Below are positions 51,823-64,000 of a stretch of 64,000 nucleotides of DNA, piece by piece. Made by a program: the position numbers and the translations under genes. Source of the stretch: Mobula hypostoma (taxonomy: Eukaryota). The stretch lies in NCBI RefSeq assembly GCF_963921235.1, contig NC_086108.1:48982001-49046000 (forward strand), read 5' to 3'. The notes beneath the pieces are model-generated. The model was not told where the DNA came from, made no database searches, and saw only the letters and a program-made list of their open reading frames with translations. The stretch's first letter is position 1. Every line of letters begins with the position of its first letter.

Positions 51823-51983
51823 ACAGAGCCTCATAGAGCGGGCAGCGTAGTTTGCGGGCGGCGGAGTGAGCCGGGAGCAGAGTGAAGGCTTAAGGGCTTC
51901 GGCTCAACGGGCTTAGGCAAAAACGGGCGAGGCGAGGAAGGTTTGGCATTCATTTTCTGTTGCTATTTGAGGAGAGGGGCAGT

Positions 51984-52919
51984 ATGAGTGTGAGGGCAGT
52001 TTGCTGTTCTCGGTGTCGGATGTGGGAGGCCCTGGAGTCTCCAAGCCTCCCGGACGTCTACATCTGCGCCAAGTGCATCGAGATGCAGCTCCTAAGGGAC
52101 CGCGTTACGGAACTGGAGCTGCAGCTCGATGACCTTCGTCTGGTCAGGGAGAGTGAGGAGGTGATAGAGAGGAGTTGCAGGCAGGTGGTCACGCCGGGGC
52201 CACGGGAGGCAGACAAGTGGGTCACAGTTAGGAGGGGGAAGGGGAAGAGTCAGGTAATAGGGAGTACCCCGGTGGCTGTGCCCCTTAACAATAGGTACTC
52301 CTGTTTGAGTACTGTTGGGAGGGACAGCTTACCCGGGGGAAGCGACAGTGGCCGTGCCTCCAGCACAGAGTCTGGCCCTGTAGCTCAGAAGGGTAGGGCA
52401 AGGAAGAGGAGGGCAATTGTGATAGGGGACTCGATAGTAAGGGGGTCAGACAGGCGATTCTGTGGACGCAGTCCAGAGACCCGGATGGTAGCTTGGTTCC
52501 CTGGTGCCAGGGTCCGGGATATTTCTGATCATGTCCAAGATATCCTGAAGTGGGAGGGTGAGGAGCCAGAGGTCGTGGTACATATAGGTACCAATGACAT
52601 AGGTAGGAAAAGGGATGAGGTCCTGAAAGGAGAATATAGGGAGCTAGGAAGGGAGTTGAGAAAAAGGACCGCAAAGGTAGTAATCTCGGGATTACTGCCT
52701 GTGCCACGCGACAGTGAGAGTAGGAATGCGATGAGGTGGAGGATAAATGTGTGGCTGAGGGATTGGAGCAGGGGGCAGGGATTCAAGTTTTTGGATCATT
52801 GGGACCTCTTTTGGCGCAGGCGTGACCCGTACAAAAAGGACGGGTTACACTTAAATCCTAGGGGGACCAATATCCTGGCAGGGAGATTAGCGAGGGCTAC
52901 TGAGGTGACTTTAAATTAG
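51984..52919 (+). CDS. CR1 ORF1p: C-x2-C zinc finger, coiled coil and SGNH esterase-like domain (intact)
   Basis: CSRC..CAKC, LRDRVTELELQLDDL, IGDSIVR, HIGTND, DGLH; first ATG at 51984. Confidence 0.9.
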   Translation: MSVRAVCCSRCRMWEALESPSLPDVYICAKCIEMQLLRDRVTELELQLDDLRLVRESEEVIERSCRQVVTPGPREADKWVTVRRGKGKSQVIGSTPVAVPLNNRYSCLSTVGRDSLPGGSDSGRASSTESGPVAQKGRARKRRAIVIGDSIVRGSDRRFCGRSPETRMVAWFPGARVRDISDHVQDILKWEGEEPEVVVHIGTNDIGRKRDEVLKGEYRELGRELRKRTAKVVISGLLPVPRDSESRNAMRWRINVWLRDWSRGQGFKFLDHWDLFWRRRDPYKKDGLHLNPRGTNILAGRLARATEVTLN

Positions 52920-55900
52920 AATGGTTGGGGGGCGGGAATCAAATTAAAGAGGCTAGGCGTGAGGAGGTTAGTTCACAACAGGGGGATGGGAACCAGTGCA
53001 GAGAGACAGAGGGGTGTAAAGTGAGGGTAGAAGCAAAAAGTACTAAGGAGAAAAGTAAAAGTGGCAGGCCGACAAATCCAGGGCAAGCATTAAAAAGGGC
53101 CACTTTTCAACATAATTGTATAAGGGCTAAGAGAGTTGTAAAAGAGCGCCTGAAGGCTTTGTGTGTCAATGCAAGGAGTATTCGTAATAAGGTGGATGAA
53201 TTGAAAGTGCAGATTGTTATTAATGATTATGATATAGTTGGGATCACAGAGACATGGCTCCAGGGTGACCAAGGATGGGAGCTCAATGTTCAGGGATATT
53301 CAATATTCAGGAGGGATAGACATGAAGGAAGGGGAGGTGGGGTGGCGTTGCTGGTTAAGAGATTAACGCAATAGAAAGGAAGGGCATAAGCCGGGAAGAT
53401 GTGGAATCGATATGGGTAGAGCTGCGTAACACTAAGGGGCAGTAGACGCTGGTGGGAGTTGTGTACAGGCCACCTAACAGTAGTAGTGAAGTCGGAGATG
53501 GTATTAAACAGGAAATTAGAAATGTGTGCAATAAAGGAACAGCAGTTATAATGGGTGACTTCAATCTACATGTAGATTGGGTGAACCAAATTGGTAAAGG
53601 TGCTGAGGAAGAGGATGTCTTGGAATGTATGCGGGATAGTTTTTTGAACCAACATGTCAAGGAACCAACTAGAGAGCAGGCTATTCTGGACTGGGTTTTG
53701 AGCAATGAGGAAGGGTTAATTAGCAATCTTGTCGTGAGAGGCCCCTTGGGTAAGAGTGACCATAATATGGTGGAATTCTTCATTAAGATGGAGAGTGACA
53801 TAGTTAATTCAGAAACAAAGGTTCTGAACTTAAAAAGGGGTAACTTTGAAGGTATGAGACGTGAATTAGCTAAGATAGACTAGCAAATGACACTTAAAGG
53901 ATTGACGGTGGATATGCAATGGCAAGCATTTAAAGGTTGCATGGATGAACTACAACAATTGTTCATCCCAGTTTGGCAAAAGAATAAATCAAGGAAGGTA
54001 GTGCACCCGTGGCTGACAAGAGAAATTAGGGATAGTATCAATTCCAAAGAAGAAGCATACAAATTAGCCAGAGAAAGTGGCTCACCTGAGGACTGGGAGA
54101 AATTCAGAGTTCAGCAGAGGAGGACAAAGGGCTTAATTAGGAAGGGGAAAAAAGATTATGAGAGAAAACTGGCAGAGAACATAAAAACGGACTGTAAAAG
54201 CTTTTATAGCTATGTAAAAAGGAAAAGACTGGTGAAGACAAATGTAGGTTCCCTACAGACAGAAACAGGTGAATTGATTATGGGGAGCAAGGACATGGCT
54301 GACCAATTGAATAATTACTTTAGTTCTGTCTTCACTAAGGAGGACATAAATAATCTTCCAGAAATAGTAGGGACAGAGGGTCCAGTGAGATGGAGGAACT
54401 GAGTGAAATACTTGTTAGTAGGGAAGTGGTGTTAGGTAAATTGAAGGGATTGAAGGCAGATAAATCCCCAGGGCCAGATGGTCTGCATCCTAGAGTGCTT
54501 AAGGAAGTAGCCCAAGAAATAGTGGATGCATTAGTGATAATTTTTCAAAACTCATTAAGATTCTGGACTAGTTCCTGAGGATTGGAGGGTGGCTAATGTA
54601 ACCCCACTTTTTAAAAAAGGAGGGAGAGAGAAACCGGGGAATTATAGACCGGTTAGCCTAACGTCGGTGGTGGGGAAACTGCTGGAGTCAGTTATCAAAG
54701 ATGTGATAACAGCACATTTGGAAAGCGGTGAAATCATCGGACAAAGTCAGCATGGATTTGTGAAAGGAAAATCATGTCTGACGAATCTCATAGAATTTTT
54801 TGAGGATGTAACCAGTAGAGTGGATAGGGGAGAACCAGTGGATGTGGTATATTTGGATTTTCAAAAGGCTTTTGACAAGGTCCCACACAGGAGATTAGTG
54901 TGCAAACTTAAAGCACACGGTATTGGGGGTAAGGTATTGATGTGGATGGAGAATTGGTTAGCAGACAGGAAGCAAAGAGTGGGAATAAACGGGACCTTTT
55001 CAGAATGGCAGGCGGTGACTAGTGGGGTACCGCAAGGCTCAGTGCTGGGACCCCAGTTGTTTACAATATATATTAATGACTTGGATGAGGGAATTAAATG
55101 CAGCATCTCCAAGTTTGCGGATGACACGAAGCTGGATGGCAGTGTTAGCTGTGAGGAGGATGCTAAGAGGATGCAGAGTGACTTGGATAGGTTGGGTGAG
55201 TGGGCAAATTCATGGCAGATGCAATTTAATGTGGATAAATGTGAAGTTATCCACTTTGGTGGCAAAAATAGGAAAACAGATTATTATCTGAATGGTGGCC
55301 AATTAGGAAAAGGGGAGGTGCAACGAGACCTGGGTGTCATTATAAACCAGTCATTGAAAGTGGGCATGCAGGTACAGCAGGTGGTGAAAAAGGCGAATGG
55401 TATGCTGGCATTTATAGCGAGAGGATTCGAGTACAGGAGCAGGGAGGTACTACTGCAGTTGTACAAGGCCTTGGTGAGACCACACCTGGAGTATTGTGTG
55501 CAGTTTTGGTCCCCTAATCTGAGGAAGGACATCCTTGCCATAGAGGGAGTACAAAGAAGGTTCACCAGATTGATTCCTGGGATGGCAGGACTTTAATATG
55601 ATGAAAGACTGGATCGACTAGGCTTATATTTGTCAGAATTTAGAAGATTGAGGGGGGATCTTATTGAAACGTATAAAATCCTAAAGGGATTGGACAGGCT
55701 AGATGCAGGAAGATTGTTCCCGATGTCGGGGAAGTCCAGAACGAGGGGTCACAGTTTGAGGATAAAGGGGAAGCCTTTTAGGACCGAGATTAGGAAAAAC
55801 TTCTTCACACAGAGAGTGGTGAATCTGTGGAATTCTCTGCCACAAACAGTTGAGGCCAGTTCATTGGCTATATTTAAGAGGGAGTTAGATATGGCCCTTG

Positions 55901-55950
55901 TGGCTACGGGGATCAGGGGGTATGGAGGGAAGGCTGGGGCGGGGTTCTGA
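52904..55950 (+). pseudogene. CR1 ORF2 (endonuclease and RT), disrupted
   Basis: Compared with the intact 44288-47067 copy: frameshifts near 53358, 54370 and 54557, and stops at 53443, 53881 and 55594. Confidence 0.9.
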
Positions 55951-56040
55951 GTTGGATGATCAGCCATGATCATAATAAATGGCGGTGCAGGCTCGAAGGG
56001 CCGAATGGCCTACTCCTGAACCTATTTTCTATGTTTCTAT

Positions 56041-58740
56041 CCTTTTTCAGATAATGAGTTCAAAGCAGCTCACAATACTCTTAGTGAGGCCTCACCAGTG
56101 CCTTAAAAGCCTTAACATTATATTCTGACTTCATATTTTAGTCCTCTCAAAATGAACACTAACATTGCATTTGGCTTCCTCCCCACCGACTCAACCTGCA
56201 ATTAACCTTTAGGGAATCCTGTACGAGGACTCCCAAGTCCCAAGCCCCTTTGCACCTCAGATTTTTGAATTTCCTCTTCATTTAGAAAATAGTCTACGCT
56301 TTTATTTCTTCTAATGAAGTGCATGACCATACACTTTCCTGACACTATATTCCTTCTGCCACTTCTTTGCCTATTCTCCTAATCTGTTTAAGTCTTTCTG
56401 CAACTTCTCCACTTCCTCAACACTACCTGCTCCTCCACCTATCTCTGTTCGGTCTGCAAACTTGGCCATAAAGCTATCTATTCCACCATCCAATCATTTA
56501 TAGGGTTAAAAAAAAGCAGTCCAAATACAGACCCCTGTGAAATACCACTGGTCATCAACAACCAAACAGAAAAGCCTGCATTTTTTTTCCCACTCTTTGC
56601 CTTCTGCCAATCAACCAAAGCCTCTATCCATGCTGGTATCTTTCCTGTAATACCATGGGCTCTTAACTTGTTCAGCAGCCACGTGTGTCACACTTTGTCA
56701 AAGGCCTTTTGAAAATCCAAGTACACAACATCCACCAATTCTCCTTTGTCTACTCTGCTTGTTATTTCTTCAAAGAATTCCAACAGATTTATCAGGCAAT
56801 ATTTTCCTTTAATGAAACCATGCTGACTTCAGCCTATTTTAGCATGTGCATCCAAGTACCTTGAAACTACATCCTTAACAATCGACTCTAACATCTTCCC
56901 TCTACAGGAGGCCAGGCTAACTGACCTATAAGTACCTTTCTTCTGCCTCTCACCTTTCCTGAAGAGTGGAGTGACATTTGTAACTTTCCAGTTTTCTAGA
57001 ACCGTGCCAGAATCTATCGATTCTTGCAAGATCATTACCAACTCCTTCACAATCTCTTCAGAAACCTCTTTCAGAACCCTGGGGCGAGGAACATTTGGTC
57101 CAGGTGACTTTTCTACCCTCAGACCTTTTAATATCCAAGCGCCTTCTCTCTAGTAATGGCAACTTCACTCACCTCTGCCCCCTGACACTCTTGAACTTCT
57201 AGCATCTTGCACAAGATTGTCTTCCCATTTAGTCACATCCTCAAAAAATCAATCAGGCTCATAAGGCACGACCTGTCCTTCACAAAGCCATGCTGACCAT
57301 TCCTAATCATATTATGCCTCTCCAAATGTTCATAAGTCCTGCCTCTCAGGATCTTCTCCATCAACTTAACAACCACTGAAGTAAGACTCACTAGCCTCTA
57401 ATTTCCTGGGCTACCTCTACTCTCTTTCTTGAATAATGGAACAGCATCTGCAACTCTCCAATCCTCTGGAACCTCTTCCGACCCCATTGATGATGCAAAG
57501 ATCATTGCCAGAGGCTCAGCAATCTCCTCCCTGCCTCCCACAGTAGCCTGGAGTACATCTCATCTAGTCCCAGTGACATATCCAACTTATGCTTTCCAAA
57601 AGCTCCAGCACATACTCTTCCTACATGCTCAAGCTTTTCAGTCCACTGTAAGTCATCCCTACAATCGCCAAGATCCTTTTCCGTAGTGAATATTGAAGCA
57701 AAGTACTCATTAATTGCCTCTGCTATCTCCTCCGGTTCCATACACACTTTTCCACTGTCACACTTGATTGGTCCTATTCTCTCACGTCTTATCCTCTTGC
57801 TCTTCACATACTTGTAGAATGTCTTGAGGTTTTCCTTAATCCTGTCCGCCAAGGCCTTCTCATGGCCCCTGCTGGCTCTCCTAATTTCTTTCTTAAGCTC
57901 CTTCTGCATCTCTATCATATTACTTAGTTTTTTGAATCTTTCATAAGCTCTTCTTTTCTTCTTGACTAGATTTACAACAGCCTTTGTACACCATGGTTCC
58001 TGTACCCTACCATCCTTTCCCTGTCTCATTGGAATGTACCAATGCAAAACAACTGCCCCATCCTCAGCCCTATCAATCCAGTTGCCATGCACCCCCCCCC
58101 CCCCCACCGGCCAAAATCTGTTTAAACTTTCCTGAACAGTTTAGCAAACTTGCATGCAAGGATATTGGGCCCGTCGGGTTCAGGTGTAACCCACCCTTTT
58201 GTACAGGACATATCTTCCCCAGAAGAGATCCCACTGGTTCAGAAATCTGAAAAACTGCATTCATCTGCCAAATCATCCTATTCTTACCCTCACTGGTGTG
58301 TGGCACAGGCAGCAATCCAGAGATTACTACCCTAGAGCTCCTGTTTTTCACTTTCAGCCAAGCTCCCTGAAATCTTTCTTCAGGACCTCTTCACCTTTCC
58401 TACCTATGTCATTGGTGCCAATATGTACCAAGAATTCTGGTGTTTCACCCTCCCCATTTCAAATGTGTGAACTCAATCCAAGACAACCCTGATCCTGGCA
58501 CCTGAGAGCAACATAGCATAAGTGTGCCTATCTCGTTGAAAGAATTTCGTCTCTAATCCTCTAACTATTGTATTTACTATCACTACTGTAGCCCTCTTTA
58601 CCTCTCTTCTCTTCTGAGCCACAGCACTAGACTCAGTGCCAGAGACCTTGTTGCTACGGCTCCCCTCTGTAAGTTGTCCCCCTCAACAGTATCCAAAGTG
58701 GTACACTTATTATTGATAGGAATGGCCACAGTGGTACTCT
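56041..58740 (-). mobile_element. Cluster of decayed CR1 fragments (ORF2 pieces 56041-58045, ORF1 piece about 58070-58740)
   Basis: RT-region ORF remnants and ORF1 esterase motifs VVISGLLPVP, GGLHLNP. Confidence 0.8.
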
Positions 58741-59167
58741 TCCCAGCTATCTTCTTCTCTAGTTTTAGCCCTTATGAGGGTTGAGGACTAAAACATACAT
58801 AATTCCCTCCTTACACCTACCCCTCCTAACAAATGCTATTTGACCTACTGAGTTCCTCCAGCAGATTGTTTGGTGCTCTTCTGTACCTACTTAACTAGCT
58901 CTTCCTAATAAATCATGCAGCATTAGTTGCAAAGTTTCATTCAAAATATAGTGAATGCAAATTACCAAAGAGACTTCACAAGAAGCCTGAGTAGTAATTA
59001 TGCCAAAGTATATTTTCAACTTAAAGTTTGGGTGAAACATTGGCTTGATGAATCAAATGACCATTATGAAAATAGCCCAAACTCCAACACCATGAAAATC
59101 TACCTCATTATTTGTATTCTTCAAAAAATGTCAAAATTAGAAAGAGAAAATTGCTGGTTAAATGAAG

Positions 59168-59224
59168 CAACACACATCAAAGTTGCTTGAATTTCCAGCA
59201 TCTGCAGAATTCCTGTTGTTTGTG
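59168..59224 (-). mobile_element. 57-bp Penelope-terminus insertion with a 13-bp target-site duplication
   Basis: tttccagcatctgcagaattcctgttgtttgtg, flanked by tggttaaatgaag at 59155-59167 and 59225-59237. Confidence 0.7.
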
Positions 59225-59271
59225 TGGTTAAATGAAGGTTGACCAGATCACACCAAGATTGCTTGCTTTTT

Positions 59272-59735
59272 TTTCCATAGATGCACTGCAACTTACAAAG
59301 TCATAGAAGAAAAGTACAGCACAGAAACAAGTCCTTCAGCCCATCTAGTATGTACCAAACCATTTAAACTCCCATTGAACTGCACCGGGGCCATAGTCCT
59401 CCATAACCCTACCATTCATGTACCTGTCCAAACTTCTCTTAAACGTTAAAATTGAGCTTGCATGCACCATTGTGCTGGCAGCTCGTTCCACACTCTCAAG
59501 ACTTTCTGGGTGAAGCTTCCCTTCATGTTCCCCTTAAACCTTTCACCTTTCACCCTTAACACATGACTTCTACTAGATGCAGTCCCACCCACCTCAATAG
59601 AAAAAGCCTGCTTATACGTACCCTACTTATACCCCTCATAATTTTGTATACGTCGATGAAATTTCCTCTCAATCTACATCCAAGGTATAAAGTCCTAACC
59701 TATTCAGTCTTTGTTTGTAACTTAGGTCCTCCAGA
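59272..59735. repeat. About 460-bp direct duplication, copy 2
   Basis: Near-identical to 42079-42539. Confidence 0.85.
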
Positions 59736-60835
59736 ACAAGTTATATTCTTGTAATTTATTTCTAATTTACTACTTACCCAATCCCCCACACAACATTCCT
59801 ACTATGTTGTGCTATAAGCTTAATTCAAATCACTGGATAAAATAATAGTCTAATCAAATCAGAACACACTGTACTGCTTGGCCACATGACACTAAAATAT
59901 TTCTGTGACTAGCTAAAATACAACTACTAGAAAGAGGGTTTCTTTTTTTTCTACTTCACTAAAATATTGTTGTAAGCTATACCACCGCCAATTCATGTGT
60001 GCATTTCAAAATATAGTGAAGCTTACTAAATACAAATGTGCAACAGTGTTAATGCATTTTCTACACCAACAGTAATGCCACAAAGTAAATATGCATGGTT
60101 TCCAAACATGATTTGAAGCCACCAAATTAGGGGTTTAGAAATGTAAGCAATGGCAATGGATTTTGTAGATGTTAAATTTTGCGGGATTGTTGAAGTGTCA
60201 ATCAAGCTGGTGTTGTATATTTTTGAATATGCTTTATTATTTTTTCTTTCTAGGTTGAATCAAACACAAATTTTATTATTTTCCTGTCCATATGGATCAA
60301 CTGTAATTAGTCATGACCTTTTGGGATATTCCTTTTTGGAAAATTTACTAAATCAGAGAAACACAGAGTTTGTTAATTTAGCAACTAACTTCCAAAAGTG
60401 ATGACATGACAGATGCATTGGGAAAGCAGTTAGAATCTATTCACTGAAAATATTTCACCTACTGTGATTGCTGAGAGTGGCCTTTATCACTTACTTTTCA
60501 CTTTCATGACATTATATCCATATGTACAACACATATCCTTTTATGAAGTTTTTCAGCTCAGTTAACATGTCTTTGCACCTACCCATTTTTAGCAATATTA
60601 GGGTATGTTCCTCTGGCAGCATACTTGTTTTCCTGGATTTGAGATCATATGAACATACTGGAAACTATTAACTTAAAGATGCCCATAATTGAATTCTATC
60701 AACCTATGAGTAATATAGTGAACTCCATTCCTGAAAATTTTAAATGCCAATAAAGACCATTTGGTATTATAAAGAGAGCCAAGCTATTCCCCAAGATATG
60801 GCTAAAGCTATGAAAGCTTTTTTTCAGATGACATT

Positions 60836-61385
60836 CACTCAGTGGCCACTTTATTGGGTACTTCCTGTACCTAATAAAGTTTGTGGTCTTCTGCTGCTGT
60901 AACCCATTCACTTCAAGGTTCGACATGTCGTTCATTCAGACATGCTTTTCTGCACACCACTGTTGCAATGCGTGGTTATTTGAATTACAGTTGCCTTTCT
61001 GTCAGCTTGTACTATTCTGGCAATTCCCCTCTACCACTCTCATTAACAAGGTGTTTCACCCACAGAACTGCGGCTCACTGGATATTTTTTTGTTTTTCGC
61101 ATCATTCTCTAAAATGTCTAGAGACTGTAGTAGGTGAAAATTCCAGCAATCAACAGTTTCTGAGATACTCAAACCATCACATCTGGTACCAACAAGCATT
61201 CCACAGTCAAGGTCACTTGGATTATATTTCTTCCCCATTCTGATGTTTGGTCTGAACAACAAATGGACTGCTTGACCATGCCTGCATGCTTTTATGCACT
61301 GAGTTGTCGGCTCATGTTTGGCTGATCAGATATTTGCATTATCCAGCAGGTGTACAAGGGTACCTAGTAAAGTGGCCAACGTTTG
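60836..61385. mobile_element. Tc1/mariner-type MITE
   Basis: cactcagtggccactttattgggtac ... gtacctagtaaagtggccaacgtttg|TA imperfect inverted termini; no ORF. Confidence 0.75.
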
Positions 61386-61759
61386 TATGTTGGTGTTCAC
61401 AAACCCATCTTGGAAAAATCTGTACATTTTATTTTTGAGTGCAAAGTAAGATTAGGCTCAGAAACCATCACATGGCCCTCAAACTCCCCTAGTTCTTTAA
61501 AAGCGCTCTGGAGAACATCCTTCTTCTATGAGGATTCTGCTAAGAAGATGCATTTGTTTTTATTTGAAAGAAGTAGTTAGATAATCTAAATGTGTACAGT
61601 ATGGAGAAAACCTAAAATATATTTTACCTGGAAATGAGATATCATTATTTTTTTCTGTGGTCTGCCAAGCACTTGATGCATATAGAACTTATACCAAACA
61701 AACTTTTGTGAAATTGTCTGGAGGTACATTAAAAATAACTCTATTGCTGTCTCCACACA

Positions 61760-63900
61760 AAATTTTGTACAGTGTTCATCCTCTAAGTGAAGAAGTTGCC
61801 CTTCAGATTCTCCTTAAATATTTCACTTTTCACCCTTAACCTATGACCTCTAGTTCTAGTCTCATCCAACCTCAGTTGTAAAAGTCTGCTTGCGTTTGCC
61901 CTATCTATACCCCTCATAATTTTGTATACTGTATCTCTTTCGAATCTCTCTTTCTCTTAGCTCCCAGCAGCATGCTTGTAAACTTTCCTTGTACAGTTTT
62001 AATTTTATTGATATCTTTCCAATAGTTAGGAATCCAGAACTGCATATAATACTCCAAATATGGTCTTACCATTGTCTTATACAACTTCAACATCACATCC
62101 CAACTCCTGTTCTCAAGTCTCTGATTTATAAAAGTCAATATGGTAAAAGCTCTCTTTATGATGCTATCAACTTGTGCTGCCACTTTTGAGGAATTATGGA
62201 TCTGTATTCCCAGATCCCTTTGTCCTACTGCACTCCTTGGTAACTTTGGAAGTTTTTTCAGCTGGTTCATATCTGGCTATAAGCTTTGATAGCCTTCCTC
62301 ATGGTTCACTACAACCCCAAACTTGGTGTCACCCACAAATTTGCAGATCATAATGGACTATAAAGGTCCAAACATAATGGACCCTGCTTTGATTCCTGTT
62401 GCATACCACTAATAACAGGCCTTCAAGTCTGAGTGGCAGCTATCTACTACCACCCTGCCTTCTCCTGCTAAACCAATGTCAAATCCAATTTACTACTTCA
62501 CTCTTAATGTCAAACGGCTGAACCTTCTAGACCAGCTTCTCACTCAGGACCTTATCAAAGGCCTTACTAAATTCAACACAGACAATGTCCACTGATTTTC
62601 CTTCATCAGCGTTCCTGGTAATGTCCTCAAAAAACTCTATAAGATTGGTTAGACATGCACAAAGCTATGTTGACTATCTCTGATCAGGCCCTGACTATCC
62701 AAATATTTATATATCCTGTCCCTCAAAATGCCTTCTAATAATTTACCCCTACTGACATCAGGCTCATTGACCTATAATTTCCTGGCTTATTCTTAGAGCC
62801 TTTCTTGAACCACAGAACAGGATTAGCTAGCCACTCGTCCCCCTGTACCTAAGGGTGTTTTAAATAGTTCTGCAATTTCTGCACTAGCCTTCCACAAGGT
62901 GTGAGGGGATACCTTGTCAGGCCCTGGGGTTATGTCCACCCTAATTTGCCTCAAGACAGCAAGCAACTCCTCCTCTATAATCCAGACATGGTCCACAAGC
63001 TCACTACTGTTTTGCCTCAAATTCTATGGACTCTGTTTCTATCTCCTGAGGAAATACAGATGCAAAAACTCCATTTAGCATCTCTCCCATCTCTTTCAGC
63101 TCCACACATAGATTGACCATGCTGATCTTTAAGTAGTATTTTTCCCCCATTGTAATTTCCTAAGTAATTTTATCCTTTGGTACCCCTTTGCTCTTATATA
63201 TCTGTAGAAGCCTTTGGTATTCTCCTTTACTGAGTCTTCCAGGAAAACCTCATGTCTTCTTTTAGCCCTCCTGAATTCCCCTCGTGTTATCATGCATTTC
63301 TTATACTCAAGCACCTCTTTTGTTCCTTGCTGCCTATACCTGCTACGCTTCTTTTTCTTAACCAGGGCCTCAATATCCCTCAAAAGCCAAGGTTCCCTAA
63401 GCTTCTTAGCCTTTTTATTCTAACAGGAGCATACAAGCTCAGTACTCTCAATATTTTACTATGGAAAGCCTCTCAATTACTAAGAATCCCTTTGCCAGAA
63501 AACAACCTATCCTAATCCACACCTTGCCTGTTCTTTCTGATACCATCAAAACTGGCCTTTCTCCAATTTAGAATCTCAACCCCAGGCCCAGTCCTATCCT
63601 TTTCTAATTATTTTGAAGCTATAAGGGAATTATGTTCCCTAGAACCAAGGTGCTTCCCTTTACACACTTTGTCACCTGCCCTGTCTTGTTCTCTAATAGG
63701 AGATCTAGTATTGCACTCTCTCTAGTTGGAATATCCCTATATAAGGAAGCTTTCTTGAACATATTTGACACTCTCCCAATCCAATCCTTTTACAGTATGC
63801 AAGTCCCAGTTAACATATGGAAAGTTAATATCACTTACCATCACAATCTTATCCTTCTTGCAGCTATTTCTCTACAATTTTGCTATTCTAAATCCCACTG
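61760..63900 (-). mobile_element. Decayed CR1 ORF2 fragments
   Basis: RDLGIQIH..MLKLYKTMVRPYLEYY, PGPDK and GDINF-like remnants. Confidence 0.8.
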
Positions 63901-63987
63901 ATAATGCAATGCAAAATCCTGCATAAAGTTAAATATTTCTATATAAATCCCATATAAAATTGAATACTGTCAATAGAATACACTAAC

Positions 63988-64000
63988 CTGAGCTCCTGTC
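63988..64000 (-). CDS. SHCBP1L: 3' end of the upstream SHCBP1L exon (truncated by the window edge)
   Basis: Minus strand reads G ACA GGA GCT CAG|gttagt (TGAQ plus a phase-0 donor), which fits before GSGVELYPG; only 13 nt visible. Confidence 0.6.

Larger units (their letters stand above)
51506..56040 (+). mobile_element. Full-length CR1 LINE (5' UTR monomers, ORF1, disrupted ORF2, TTTCTATG tail)
   Basis: Boundaries defined by nesting in an older CR1; both ORFs and the 3' tail are present. Confidence 0.95.

Overview
Repeat-rich vertebrate genomic DNA. The repeat families (HE1/V-SINE-like SINEs, abundant esterase-type CR1 LINEs, Penelope and Rex1/Babar elements) suggest a cartilaginous fish, which is an inference. 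Two convergent genes are present. The last seven coding exons of DHX9 lie on the + strand (7122-24802) and end in a greatly expanded Gly/Tyr/Ser low-complexity tail. The last exons of SHCBP1L lie on the - strand (63988-64000 partial, 50624-50746, 30774-31019). Introns and the intergenic gap are filled with nested retrotransposons and DNA transposons. Most notable: (1) a U_UUA_AA(C/U) slippery heptamer recurs at the ORF1 end of four CR1 copies, and in the full-length copy ORF2 has no early AUG and sits in the -1 frame, suggesting programmed -1 ribosomal frameshifting; (2) the full-length CR1 has tandem 170-bp TATA/GC-box promoter monomers; (3) a ~2.9-kb inverted CR1 pair brackets an SHCBP1L exon; (4) Penelope termini carry minimal hammerhead-ribozyme motifs and form fold-back and micro-insertion structures; (5) a Tigger derivative has ends resembling mammalian MER2. 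All calls were made by eye, and repeat boundaries are approximate.
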